DNA from: Catajapyx aquilonaris
Taxonomy: Eukaryota
Direction of reading: 5' to 3'
NCBI GenBank assembly: GCA_000934665.2
Contig: JYFJ02000883.1
Span: forward strand, 1-64,000
Length of the DNA: 64,000 nucleotides
Shown in pieces: positions 1 through 23,600 of the stretch. How positions within the stretch are numbered: the first letter of the stretch is position 1; each line of letters opens with the position of its first letter. The notes under the pieces are model-generated. The model was not told where the DNA came from. It did not search any database and saw only the letters and a list, made by a program, of their open reading frames with translations. Position numbers and translations under genes: made by a program.

Positions 1-97
1 TGGTCAAAGGAACTTGTAACTGTAACTAGTTACTTTTTTGGACTGAATAACTGTAACTGTAACCAGTTACATTTCAAAAGTAACTTACCCAACTCTG
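1..97. mobile_element. Terminus of a probable hAT-type non-autonomous element (MITE), truncated by the window edge
   Basis: Clustered GTAAC/GTTAC subterminal motifs ending in AAAAGTAACTTACCCAACTCTG, resembling the CAGTGTTGGGTAAGTTAC-type termini of animal hAT MITEs. The other end is outside the window. Confidence 0.5.
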
Positions 98-130
98 ATA
101 ATTTTAGGACAGTGTAGCAGTGTTACTTAC

Positions 131-1118
131 TGAGTTTACTGAGGAAGTTGACATGATGGAACTGACTGCTGCATTGCTAGAATTGGGGACAAACCGACAT
201 CCACTATTGGGAAGACTTGTGTTAAGGTTGTAGGTGCATGCAGTGTCATCCATTATCATAGAGCCAGACAGAGGCTGGTCAGTGCAGTAATTTGGATGGA
301 TATGAACATCATCACCATGAGAGGTTGCATAGAAGAGTGGGTACAAAGGGTCATCAGGGCAGCCGTGCTCTTGGAAAACCCCGTAGCGATACTGAGCCCA
401 CTGTCGCACAACTTCCTTCCCTGAAAAACAAGCAGAGATAACAAAACTCTCCTCTCCTTGTGTCTTTCAGAATGACCTACCTGAGTCAAATGTGAGGTTC
501 ATTTGATTGGAGATGAACCCCGGAGTGAACTGAATGAATTGACCTGGTTGACCGCAGCCACCGATGCGCGACATATGTGGAACGTCACCAAAGAGCTCAT
601 TTCTGAGTCCAATTCTCACGTCAGCATCCTTAAAAAATTTGAAACAAAATTGAACGTGTATGATTCAACATTATGGTCTTCTTACATTATGAAATTTCAC
701 TAGATTGATCCAAGTTTTTTTAAGTATCTAACGAGTAATCACGGATATCACTCATGCATTCCACCTTACATAACATACCTTATACACACTGTCTGTGAAA
801 TTTTCCGTCGTCATTGTCCATGATTCTGGTATAAGTATTTTCACATCTCTAAAATAAGCTCTGTGATGTGTCGCCTCATACAAAACTGCACTTGCATTTG
901 TCATCAATTCCTGCAAATTCAAACAGTTTAAAAACACATAAAATTTTTTTAACAAATTGTAATAATACCTGAATGCCACTAATAATGGATTCATCTTGAA
1001 CATTGGAAGCAATTGCCACTAAAAGGTCTGAGTATCCATTTTGTGAAATAGTGACACTCTCTACTTGTGACCATCGGCAAAGAATGATGACAAGTAGGAT
1101 ATGACGTAGCACGACCAT
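131..1118 (-). CDS. CLCA-family (calcium-activated chloride channel regulator-like) protein, copy 1, 5' part; the gene continues beyond the left edge
   Basis: Exons 1118-969, 910-779, 628-481 and 420-131 join in frame at GT-AG sites. They give a signal peptide, then NGYSDLLVAI, LYEATHHRAYFRDVKILIPESW, DADVRI..GGCGQPGQFIQFTPGFI and VRQWAQYRYGVFQEHG, which is the CLCA N-terminal domain. Confidence 0.9.
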
Positions 1119-1662
1119 GATGTGACATCAAATACAGACACCAGCTTGAAAGTGCGTCTTGACTGGACGGATGTGACATTGAGTAGTGGAAGACAGTCTC
1201 CGATGGTCAATCATTTTTCTAATCAATTGTTATCGGCATACCTTCAGGTCATGTACTACTCTAATCGCTTTCGAGGGGGATAAAAACACTGATAGGATAT
1301 CGTCAAGGAGGTGAAAAACTCATTGTGTTGATCCACAAAATTTATTTAACACATCACTATCAAAAATACGAAGTACACAGTTTGTTCATACTGCTCAGTG
1401 CTGGAATTATCCATGGAAAAAATGGGGCGTGATGATCAACTAATAGGAAAACAAACCAGTGATTGTCTTTGGCATCTGTCGGGTGTGACAACAACAATAT
1501 TCACAAAATATACAGAGGTGGGAGAGATGACAAGAAAAAAAAAATCATGAGCCTCTTGTCCTTGTCATTGGCTCAGGCAGTGACAAGTCAGTCACACACT
1601 GACTAGACAGTAATGGCTAACTCTCCTCTTGGCACATTAACAAAAAAAAACAAAATGTTTGA

Positions 1663-11678
<10,016 letters not shown>

Positions 11679-14600
11679 TGTTACAACACAAACACACCAA
11701 AAGAAGTCACTTCCACATCACTTATCTCAAAAATGCACTTTTTTTATTATTTCCCAGATAGTCGCCAAGCACTTATCTCCAGTCAACAACCAGATAACAG
11801 GGACGCAGGCTTGGCACTAAACTGCAGGTATCTGGAAAATAGGAAAAGTGTTAATGAGCTGTTCCCAAAAATCATTTGCTTTCACTTTTAAGAGGGGGGG
11901 TCATATTCCTGTAGGTTCGGGGGGAACTAAACTACTTCCGTGTGTTATTCTCCCATGGGGACCGAAGGCCGTTTGGGCGGTCACCACCTGTACGAAGGAC
12001 ATGTGACACTGACCATCGAGGACAACGCCAACGTGTAACTACGTTCAACAATTAATTGAAATTCAAACATTTCCAACCTAATATTACCAGGAGGGCCAAA
12101 AATTGGGCTGTTACGCAATGTAGCCATATACAACAAATTACCTGTCGCACTAATTACTCCCCTAAAAATAGTCATGCCATACTGCTCATCCAGCTCAAGT
12201 TCATGGACTTTTTAACTTTGAGGCGCTTCTTGAGCCGAAGAAACCGGCCGAACCATGACCTGGCAAACCGATCTCATCTCCAGATTAATTTCGGTAGGCT
12301 CGTGTTCATGACCGGAATTTCTCTTTAATGCTCCATGGAAATGAATCGCGCGGGGGCGGTATGGCGCATCCAATGATGACGACATACAAAAGGTCATATA
12401 TTATGTGAACCCTCCAATTCAATCAATAAGAGGTCAACTGGTGCCCTAGCTTCAAAATTATTATATCGTGTGGAGCATGGGAAAATGGCCACGCGCAAGT
12501 TTTTAGGTTCGCGTGCAGGCTGTAATTGCATGGTTTAAAAAAAAAATGTACAAAATGCAACATTGTATAGAAAAAAAAGTGTATTGATGTCTTCCAGGCC
12601 ATTGCCTTGAACATGTCGACCAGGAAAACATCAGAACAAGTTTAGTTGAGCAGGTATTTCACTCCACATTTTTGCCAACGTGTTAATGTGCCGACCTGAT
12701 TGTCCGCCGTTGATCACACCCGTCACACTCACGTCCTGAACTCTTGTGTAAGCCCATAATTTCAACCCCCCATAAAAGTGGAGCACATGCAATGTAATAA
12801 TTTGGCACATACACCCCAAAATTGCGTAAACATTTTCGCAATACCATACCTGCTGTCACACAACAATCCAACACCAGACACAACCTCACTCGTCCAAAGC
12901 CAGACCTCAACTGCGGCTTTTGCTTTGCTTTGGAGGGGGCTGGTGGGGGGCTGGTGGTGGGTTGGGTATATAAAAGCACATGCTCGAGCCGGGACCAATC
13001 CAGGGCTGGGCACAAGGCCGAGGTCTGACCGGACACCTAGGTCACGACTTAAAAAAAATAAAAATAAAATTTCAGAGGGTGGCCATCTGTGCTTTTTTAG
13101 GGTGGGGTGAGAGAGTCGCCCACCTTTTTTTCTTTTTTTTTGAAAAGGGGGGGCCGCCCATCCGCCTCGGGGCCAAACCCGAGCCCGTTCTTTATATGGC
13201 AGAAATTAGATGGTGGGCTAATCCAGTTTTTGGGGCTGTGAAGGACGATTTTGCACGGATTTTTGCTCCAATCCAAGGGTGTAATTTGGTGCAGGTGGAT
13301 TCTCGACCCCCGTTTGTCACACTTGTGATTAATCTTAAGCACCCTAGTCTCAGGCGTTTATTAAGCAAAAAAAGAGGAATGTAATTTTCACGCTACTTTT
13401 TTTTTCTTGGTCAGTTTTGTTCATTTCGAGTGGGAAAATAATAATACAAATTGAGGCGAAAATACTGTACGGATTTGTAATGTCACTGAAAAATATTTTC
13501 GCTTGACACTTTGTCTAAAAAATGAGTTACGTGATGTGCAAATTATGTCTGCATTGTGAAAATATTCGAATTAGCTTTTCTGAATCTAAATGAACTTTAA
13601 ATGTTGCGATTATATTTAAAAATTTCTATAATAAGTCTGAATTTTTCTCTGTTCGGAAAAAAATAGCTAACTTTTTTAGTGTAATTTCTGGTGAAAATAT
13701 TTGCGTGACATCAACTGTTAGAATTGTCTCAAAACCGCAGATTTTTTTGTAAGGCGCATAACTTTATCAAAAGACATTCCTGGCGATTACAACTCACCTA
13801 CTTTTCATAGTTTGCAGGTTGGACTAGTGAAAAAACGCGGAAACAGTTGTTTTTTTTTCACAGCAAGACTTGATTTGGTTCTGGAGGGTCGACAGAACGA
13901 AAGGAATAATGGAACTTGTTGGACCGGGGCCTTTCATGCAATAAACACCAATTTGTACCGCCTGTAACTATACGTAGTTTACATGGAAGGTACAGTACAA
14001 AAAAATGAGGCGTGAAGACATTTTTTCGAGGATGGGTGTGGGCATACGACACCAGCAAGTAACGGGAACCACTTCACACATCTTTGATTTCAAATGAACT
14101 TAATACGAATTCCTTTGTTACTCCGGGAAAAATTCACAAAAATTCCACCGCTAAAAATTCATTTGAAGTCGAGACCTTTTGGTTTAAGTAATTACTGGCA
14201 ATGTTGTCATCATTTTCTTGCTCCGGTACTGCACAGTTGGTTCCGCTTGGCGCAATTTTGCCGCCCAAGTTGCCAGATTTACTTCCCTTTTAGAGGACTA
14301 CTCACCGGAAACAACAATTTTTAGCTGGTGGGGACGAGTCAGCAAATTGGCCTTTTTGCGATTGCATTGTTTCTAAGCTCGAGACACAAAGGTCGCATTT
14401 GAGGAGCTGTCCATCATCGGGCGCCTTTGATTATAGCTGCAATGTGGGTCGTGACAAATGTATCAACAATGGTGGAAATTCGACCTTGAAATGTACAGCC
14501 TGCACTGGATGATACAATAGAATATCTGCAGCAGACAAATTGCTATTGCCATAATTATTGGATGTCTTTCAAAAAATCGACAATAAGGAAGAGGAAATCC

Positions 14601-17600
14601 TCCTGATGAACAAACCGTAGAATATTTATCTCATCATTATCACTTTATTGCGACATTTCCATGTGATCCGCAGTTGACGTAATGTACTGTGTATATATAA
14701 CTGGGTTTTTAAAGACAAACGTACACTGAACCACTTGCAATTTTTAGGTCACAGTCTGACCAACCCAGCCAATGAATGACCCGTCGACAACAATACTCCC
14801 TAGAAGAATATATCTTAAAAAATCAGAGCACTTTAGAGGCAAAGCGTGCGGCTAAGTGCATGCCCCCAGCATGATCTACACAAGACTCCTTAAAAAAACT
14901 CCAACAGGTACCGGTTTTACTCCATCATCATATGTGGCACGAGGGCATGAAGGAGATGGGAGTAACCACCAAAACGCATGCCCGGCCATGCGAGCACTTT
15001 TTGTCCACCTCGTGCCATGTCTTGCCTTCCCAACATTATTATTTTTTTTATCTCAATCTTAAAAAAAACAAAATGGGAAATAAGGCTCGTATTATTTTAG
15101 TCCACGTACGGTTTTATTTTTATCGAATATTCCGTATCACGTGTTGGTAATTACATTTTTCTGTGACTCGTTTTGGCACTGTCTGTACCCTTTGCCTCTC
15201 ATCTACATTCCAGGTCCTGACATACGAGCCACGAGTGATCCCCTGCCTTCACAAAACTCTTTTAACGACCATTTTGTGGCCCGATAGCTAATCCGAACCA
15301 CTTTGGAGGCCTCTAATAGGATTGCATAAGTCACTCAATTTTTTTTTCGTTAAAGAAAGGTGCGTTTCACCCCCGCTAAGAGCACTGGATTCAAACTCAA
15401 GACAGATATGGCCGCCGATCTTTTTCTTTGACCTGTAAAAAAAAATTAAAGGGGGAGAATTTTAGGACCCTGTGGCGTTTTTGCATACATGAAGGGAGGA
15501 CCTGGATGACCTTTAGACTTGGCGGACCCCTCCCCATAAATAACAGCTGGGGTTCAGGTAGCCCCCTGAGGGGCACAAACCTGAGTAATGGTAATGTCAT
15601 TGCTATCTTTAAAAAAATTTGCACTTGTCTATCATAAGCAGAACATTTTTATGGCACACTTTAAAAGAAAAGTGCGTCATTGAAGTTGACGTCAGATGTT
15701 GCGAAAAAATATATATCCAGATCATTGGTCAGCTCCCTAGCAACTGTTCCTCCAGCAATTTGTCTTAATAGTCCTTCAAGCACTGCACCGGTTCATCTTT
15801 TATGTCCCTTTTGTCCGAGAACATGCCGTTATCGGATCACGCCACTCCCTATGGCCCCCTAAAAATTTTGTGCGCTGTGAACATATGAACACCCTACACT
15901 TCTTGTATAGTGTACCTGCCGCTGCCCCACGTCACGATCAAAAGGAAAGAAAAAAAATACCGTTCACTTTTCATTCCCTCTCTTGTGTTGCAGTTTCGTG
16001 CGACCCCGCCCTAACCTGCTTGCTAAAATTCTTTTCCCTTTGCTTTACCTTCTCGGGGAGTTACGTTTCACGCCTTATATTATATTAGACTGGTCTTGTG
16101 AAGCAGCTTCCTGGTTGTCCTTCTGATGGCCCAAGTTAATCAGGGCTGATAACGGGCTCGAATATTCTTCTGAGCCCAAGTGGACTGTTTTTCCTTCAGT
16201 TTTGCACCTGGCACGAGTTGTAAAACCTCAGCAACAAAAAGGAGGAGCGCGTGATTTCCATTGTTAAGTTGCTCATAAAATTGGATTGCAGGTGCACTGA
16301 GAGGCTGGAATTGGAATTAGTTGTTTGACACAAAAAAAAATTTAAATAAAATTCATGATTAGGGAAAGCCACTGTTCCATATTATCAGCTTTCAAACAAC
16401 AATATGGTAATTCAGAATGGCTTGAAGCAAGGCACGTACAATTTTTTATGTCAGAGAAACTCGAGCCAGTATTGTTTTCAAGAGACCCCATGATCTGAGA
16501 CTACAAAGTCCGCAGGATAAGACGCCCAAGTCCCAAGGATATGCAAACAGTTTTCTTGAAGCTCTGAGGCTTGATAACCGTCAAGGAATTGTGTGCACAT
16601 GATAACCCGGTTAAGCATTTCCCCAGCTTAGAACATGTCATGATCGGCATCAGTTTTTTAACAGCCCAGCAAATTCGGAAGTTTTGCTCGTGACAGATGA
16701 AGTGAAATCGAGGTCTCGAGAAAAAAGGAAGAATCCGGAATCTTCGTTCACATGAGAGGGGACGGGACAATTTGGCTGAAGTTGCACAATGGTCTGTCGT
16801 CCGGAGAGTTGATCCGTATCGACCATTAAACCGTGACTGGACTTAATTCGGGGTGTTCATGCGGGAAATACCTATCTAGCGTTACCATTATTCTGTGACG
16901 CAAGAACAAAAATTGGGGGAGATATTCTGCGGATTATAATGCGGAAATTTGACATGTATTACGACACTGATACAGTAATACCAATTTGGAAATAATAAGG
17001 AAATCGGTGAGGAAAAATCAGCTTAAATTGCGAATTATTATAATGTGCAATATTTGCAAAGGACGTCGCAAAAAAAATTCAAGGTGGGCGAGAAATACCA
17101 ATTAATACACAGAATACAAGAATATTGAAAAACTGCTTACAGGCCACAATGGGGAATAGAAATGATCGACTTTCTCCTACAGTTTTACACCTAGATATCT
17201 CTGATAAGAATCTAACTAAATCAACAGATTTTCAGAAACAAAGGAAAATTTTTCACATTGGTTTTTTTTGCCCTTCAGTTTGATAATTTCTTGAATTTTT
17301 GATCTAGTTTCAGTTTTTATTCTTCCTCAATTCCCTCTTAAATGAGTCAAAAAAGTGGTCTAATTCCCGCGGTAAAAAAACAAGCAGCTGCAGCTTTACC
17401 CTCCCAAGAAAATTACGCACGAAATGCGCCTAATTACGCACACATGTAAAGGCTTGTCTTTTCCCGCAATTAAAATGTGGCCAAGGAGAAACAAACCCCG
17501 TAAAAATTCCTTTACAGTGCATTATTCACTCAATATTAAAATCAGCTTATCTCAAGGCCGCATCCCCCGCAGTGAAAAACCTAACCTTTTTCTCAAACTT

Positions 17601-20600
17601 CTCCATAAATTCTGGAAAAAATTGTATAAAATTCTACCCCCTTCGATCTGCACAAATTATTTTTTTTTGTGACCTATACGGCTATTATCCATAGGTCCCC
17701 CCCTACAGGAAGCCAGTTTCATAATGAGCGTCACCCCTATTAGTAGTCCATAAGCGCAAGTGACGCTCTTTTTACTGAGAAAAATGATGCGCATAAACTC
17801 CGATAAATAACTGATGAAAGATACAAAATGTAAACAACGTCTTTTTAACCCCTCCAGCTATTCATGAATAAAGGGAATTATGAGACGAAGGTATTATGGG
17901 TTGGGACTGAAGAAAGAAAGAAAAAAAACGTTTAAGAAAAGAAGCCCTCGAGGGTATATAGTAGAAGACAAGAGCATAATTCAATCTTGCAAAGGTCTTG
18001 GAACCGAGCCTAAGGATAGGAATGTCATAACATTTCCATCCCGTCATGCTTCAGCTTTAGGGCTCGTTCAAATGTGACTTGCCGCGGATTGCTCCAGGCA
18101 AACTTAGATTCAATTCAATTTTTTCCATTAGCCTAATTCTCAGCGTGGCTTCACGTGTGTGGGTGTGTAAGGTCATGGCAACTGACTCGCAAAATGGCGT
18201 CATTTATAGGTACCCATTGCTGTACACACAAAGAAGAGATATACTACAAGGTTGCATCTTTTTAGCCGTTTATATCAGTAGGCTGACTGTTAGACCTAAT
18301 CATGAAAAGTGTTGCAATAAGTTATCATACTTGGTATATACCAAGCTGTTAGATAAATTGTCAGTAAGGAATTGCAAGAATGTATAACAGTGCTGAACAA
18401 TACGAAGCCAACATATGCTCAACCCTCCCGAAAAAATCAGGAAATGCACCACTTTGTCTCTGCTGGACCTCGGCCCTGAAACCATTTGTCTGAACCACAA
18501 GAATTCGGAAGCCATATGGAGGACTTTCCTAAGCATCTGTGTGTCGCCATGCAGCCGGTGACATTTAGTCTGACCCCCCTTGAGATGCACCATTCCCTGA
18601 GAAAAACTGAACCTTCTTCCTCTCCGGGTTCTTTAAAAAAAAAGGCGGTGTCTTCCGGGGGCCAGGAAGTTGACTTCAGGGAGAGGTCCCTCCGGAGCTA
18701 ATTTGAATTTTCACCCGTCTCTTTTGCCGGCACACAAAAACATACACGCCCATTGTTTCGAAAAACTGGAGAGTTTATTTTGAGAGCAAACACTCTGTTC
18801 GAGGATCCAGTGAATATAATGTCAAACTCGTGGTCGGTTTGACCACAGCCTTTTCAAGTACACTCATCCTTCCTTCCTTCCTGTACACTTCCGACACCGC
18901 TGATCCGAACCGAAAATGGCAGACCAGATTATACACCTGCCCCGCTTCCGTCGTCAACATTGCGTATATCCTGGGTTGGGCAAGCACTACTCCACTGCCC
19001 CAACTCATCACAGAAATCCTCTCTTTTTTTTCATAATGTGCGACACGCATATATTTAGAAAACTAATGTGAGTTCTGAAATAATGTTCTGCAAATTGTGT
19101 ATACACTTGCCCGGATCAATTATTCCAGATGACCACAGGGGAAGTAAACTTGAAATTTCGGTGGCATAACGTGCTCACACCGGTCCACACCGGGTTCTGA
19201 CCTTCTGCAGGCCAAATAGGGGGTTAAACGATAAAAGGTGAACGCCATTCACGCCCGACCGAATATGCAAATGCCACTCCCACATTTTCGGTTACATTTT
19301 TTTTTTAAATATCCCACCCCCATCAAGCTTACCTCCCCATTTTGAATCTAATTTTGGTCTAAAATAATCTCTTTTTCTATCCCCCGTTGTTTCGAGACTT
19401 ACGAGCTGGGAAGTCCCTCTTTGCAGGAGGCCCAAGAAGAAACCAAGCCTTGATTCACCCCTGCTGGCTTGGGCCCTAAATAATTTCCAAGTTCTCCTTG
19501 GGGTTCTCCTGGAAACACATGGAGGTCACGGATGTTGTTTACAGCTTCAATTTAGAGTAAGGTCCGGTATGGCATCGAACAGGCACAAAGAAACGTTTAA
19601 GACTTAAAATAAACAGTGCACTGTCATAACTCAGTGTTCAGGCTCGGTCATTTTAAGTTGACATAAATAAAATTTTAACTGACATTTCGAGTACCGTGGG
19701 GGCCATACCCGAAAACTGAAGGGCGCCAATTACGGACGATTCTTCCAAAAACGCGGCGGAAAGGTACTAAAAGTCCGAGACCATTCCTTTCAAGGTCGCT
19801 CAAAATGGCCTCAAAAAAAGGCAGCCATAACTTTCGGGGCAAGTTTCCAGACTGTAAAATGGAATTATAATAATTACGGGGTTAAGCAAAACACGAGCCT
19901 GGTGCCTCAGAGCGGAACAGGTTCAAACACACAAACCAGACGACGGAATCCCATTTGTTGCAAAAATGGCGGTTGAAACAATATTAAGATATACGTATAC
20001 ATCGGCAAAATAAATAATGGTAAGTGCTATATGTGATCAATATATTTTTTCACCGAAATTCGGTTATTTTTGGCATCCCCCATCCCCGTACAGTGCAGGA
20101 CAATGTGTGCCAGAATGTCACGATCAGTATGGTGCTTAAAAAATGAGTTCCAATGTCGTTTCTATGGCGCTCCCTTACCTCATTCACCAAATGGCGACCG
20201 CAACTTTGGGGAACATCGCGTGGCCACCACAGCAAGTGTTTCATACAAAATCGACCCAACTACCCCCCCTCACCTGCCTAGTAGGGCTTGTCTGACTCAA
20301 AGTTTACGTTCGGTTACTCCTGGCAACGGAAGCACCTTCCGGGGTCACCTGCATGCATATATGAGGGCATATACATGTACACAAGCTGAGCGAGAGAAGG
20401 GGACATGGGTTTGCAACAAAGGGATGGACCGAGTTGTGTCCGATATGATGGCGTGGGAAAATAACGACTGGAGTGCGCGTTAATTACATCGTAATAATTG
20501 GGGATATTGTACAGGGTGGGCCATATCCTTCCGTAGGTTTGGTCGAAGGGGGGGAAAGTTTTGTATACATCCGGTTAGTTGCATGAGGCTTCAAAATTTA

Positions 20601-23600
20601 TTTCACAAAGGGAACTCTTCGTGATGCAAGCATGACAGACTGTCCAGTTCAATTTATTAAATTGTTTGGTCTCATTTAGAGAGCCTGATGGCACATCTTA
20701 CGAGGGAACTGACCGGTTGAGCGATCCGGTAACAAACAATGAAAATGTCAACTATTATGAACGAAAAAAAAACAGGCAACATTTTTGTGGATATGAAAAG
20801 GTGACAGGATAATGGAGAAATTCGTTGTAAATAACAATTAAATGGCCGTTTCATTGTTTAATGTCTACAATAATCAACAAATTAATATTTTTCCATTTTC
20901 TTGTCACTTTTTCGGACTTATTTGGCCTGTCGCATTTACGCAAATGAGAGAAAATCGTCTGTCGTTTCTTTGGTTTAGAATAAGTAGATCCCGGTACAGT
21001 TTGGCACAGATATCCGGATATACCTTACTCCCTTATAAATAACTCGGAGTCAACACATGCTAATGAAATCTTGATCCACACACGAAAAGACGGCTATAGG
21101 AGCCCATCCTCCAGAGTGGGCCCCTCCACCCACCTCCGAACCCATAATTGGACAGATCCGCAATACGAAAACAAACCCACTATACGAATCACGAAATGAA
21201 GAGAATCCAACTCAGCGCAATCCAGCACGATTAATTCAGAACCGTGACTAATCCCAGTGCAGTTTATATACACTCTGGGGTGTGTCACTCTCAAAGTCAA
21301 CGCAGCCACCTGTCAAAAGTGACTGAATCATCATACGAACTTGACCTTTTGTACCCACGCAGTCAGACATGCATATGGCCCCGCACGATACCATTTATCA
21401 GGTCTGATTCCCTATTCTTTTTCCTGGAACTAGAAACAAAGGAATCAGTTACAGGGTTGTACAAATATTCCATCAATTTCTGATAAGCGATACTAAAAAT
21501 ATTTGTTTAAAAAAATTGAGTGTCCCAAACACTGCTGACCATGCAGTGTACGGGACTATATAAATCATACCGTATTGCGACATAACACAAGACCACTGAC
21601 CACCGTTCGGTCTACCAACCTCAGGTTCCAACTGGATGACTGGACCATGACAAGTGAAACGAAGGCGATGGGAACCATGTACTTCCCACCCCCAAAAAGA
21701 AGACAATTTTTTTTTAAACAGAACCCCTTTTGTACAGCATAAGGCACATTCGTCTGTGGTCGTGTTTTCGGAGCGGGGCCATTTTTCCCATGTAAAACGC
21801 GGAAATGATGGTTCTTTCCGTCCGAACAAAAAGACGGTAACGGCCAACGTCCTGCGCTCAATTAAACCACCATAAAAAGATTATGACGCCAGTAACGTTT
21901 TCTGTACATCCGAAACCGGTATGGCGCCCGTGGTCGTAAAAAACCGTTCGGAGAGAGACGAATATACACCAATTTTGTAAGCATCGGCTTGTAAACTTTT
22001 AAACTGAAAAAAGGAGGAGGAGAAGATAAAGGCCTCATCCTTGAGGGGGTTACATCAAATTACATTCCGCCCGATCATTAGGCCGATTCTCCAATTTGCC
22101 GCTAGACCTCCCCTGAACGGACGGTACCCGCTAACTAATCCCCGAATTAATACCTTTTGATGCCAGGGTACGCGTCCCTTTGTCCTCAGGTCCTTTCCAC
22201 GAAGGAAAATGCAAGACTACGAACAAAAAAAAAGTTTGGTGAATTATTCTTCCAGGCTTCAGTGACGTGTAACTGATGATAACGTTAGGCTATCAAGGGA
22301 ACTGCCGTTTAGTAAAATTGGACCCCTCAAATTGGGCATCACCCATGGATGGACATCTGGCAGATGTGGACCAAATCGCTAAATAATTGTGGTTGAAATC
22401 AAGGGTAAGGCCAGGATCCGCGACTGTCCATGTAGTTCAGTATCATTCACATAGATGGAGCATCCTCCCTCTCTGCACACTACTGATGACTCGCCGCGGA
22501 CAAACATCGCCACAGATTTTCCGATGGATATTCCCAAACATTTTTGTCGTTACACATACGCACCTTTTGTTTCCATCATCTCATTAACTGGAACTTGATT
22601 AGCACACTTGTGCCAGTCATCTGTGACGTTGAATCAATGTCGGAGGGGGAGATACAACAGCAAGCCATTTCCTGCACGACTTACGTGTGAATTGGCCGTC
22701 ACGCTCCGGTAATGAACAAAAGTGGGCAGAGAGAGCTGAGTCGCAAAAGTGCGTACTTGTAAAGGAGATGAAAAATTGTTTCAAAGCACGCTAAAATTCC
22801 TGCATAAACTGTATGGTCCACCTAAATAATATGATGGGCGTTTTTTTGAAATATTTTGAGGGGTATGTTGAGACAGGTGGAGCCAGTGCGGCTCACGTAT
22901 ACAGTACGGTTCTCTCTCGTCCCCCATTATTTGTCCGGAAGGGAAAAGCAATTACGGGACGGTTTGAAACGACGCCGAAAAACCAGCGGCGGTTTTACAG
23001 GCTCGCACATTTTTCAAAAGGGGGTGGAAAAAACAGGGCCAGCTGCCTAGTCATCCTAGAAACCGACTTTGACAGGTCGAGAAATTAATGCTTCACAAGT
23101 GAAAGTCATTACGACAATTGGTACACAAAGTTAGAGTCTAAAATCGCGCCAAAAACAAAGGGGACTGGTCAGAATATTAATTTGAAGATCGCGAAGGTCA
23201 GGAATATTTTAATTCTCTCTATCCTTGCTCCTTGGGGGTTCCCTTCCTCTTGATGGACGAATAGAGCCATAATACTCCTGCAGGGTTTGAAAATAATTTT
23301 CTTGACCAGCCCCCCTCCAGCTCCTAATCTGTCTCCAGCAGATCTCGTGCTGGCCTGATGCTCCAGTCAGCAGACACTCCAGGGGGGTAACAACCAGAGA
23401 ACAACATGGCCTAGGTTTTTCGTTACACACCTGTCATATATTAAGAAAAGTCGGGTAGTTTGCCTAGTGGTACACACCCTGTTACATGCACCTGTTCGAT
23501 TCGGAGGTGACAGGTGCAAAAATTGGGCCAAGAGGGTCATCCACATGTGCAACCAGGTTTTGCATACTTACTTACCAAAAAAGTTTTCGTGTGACTGCCA

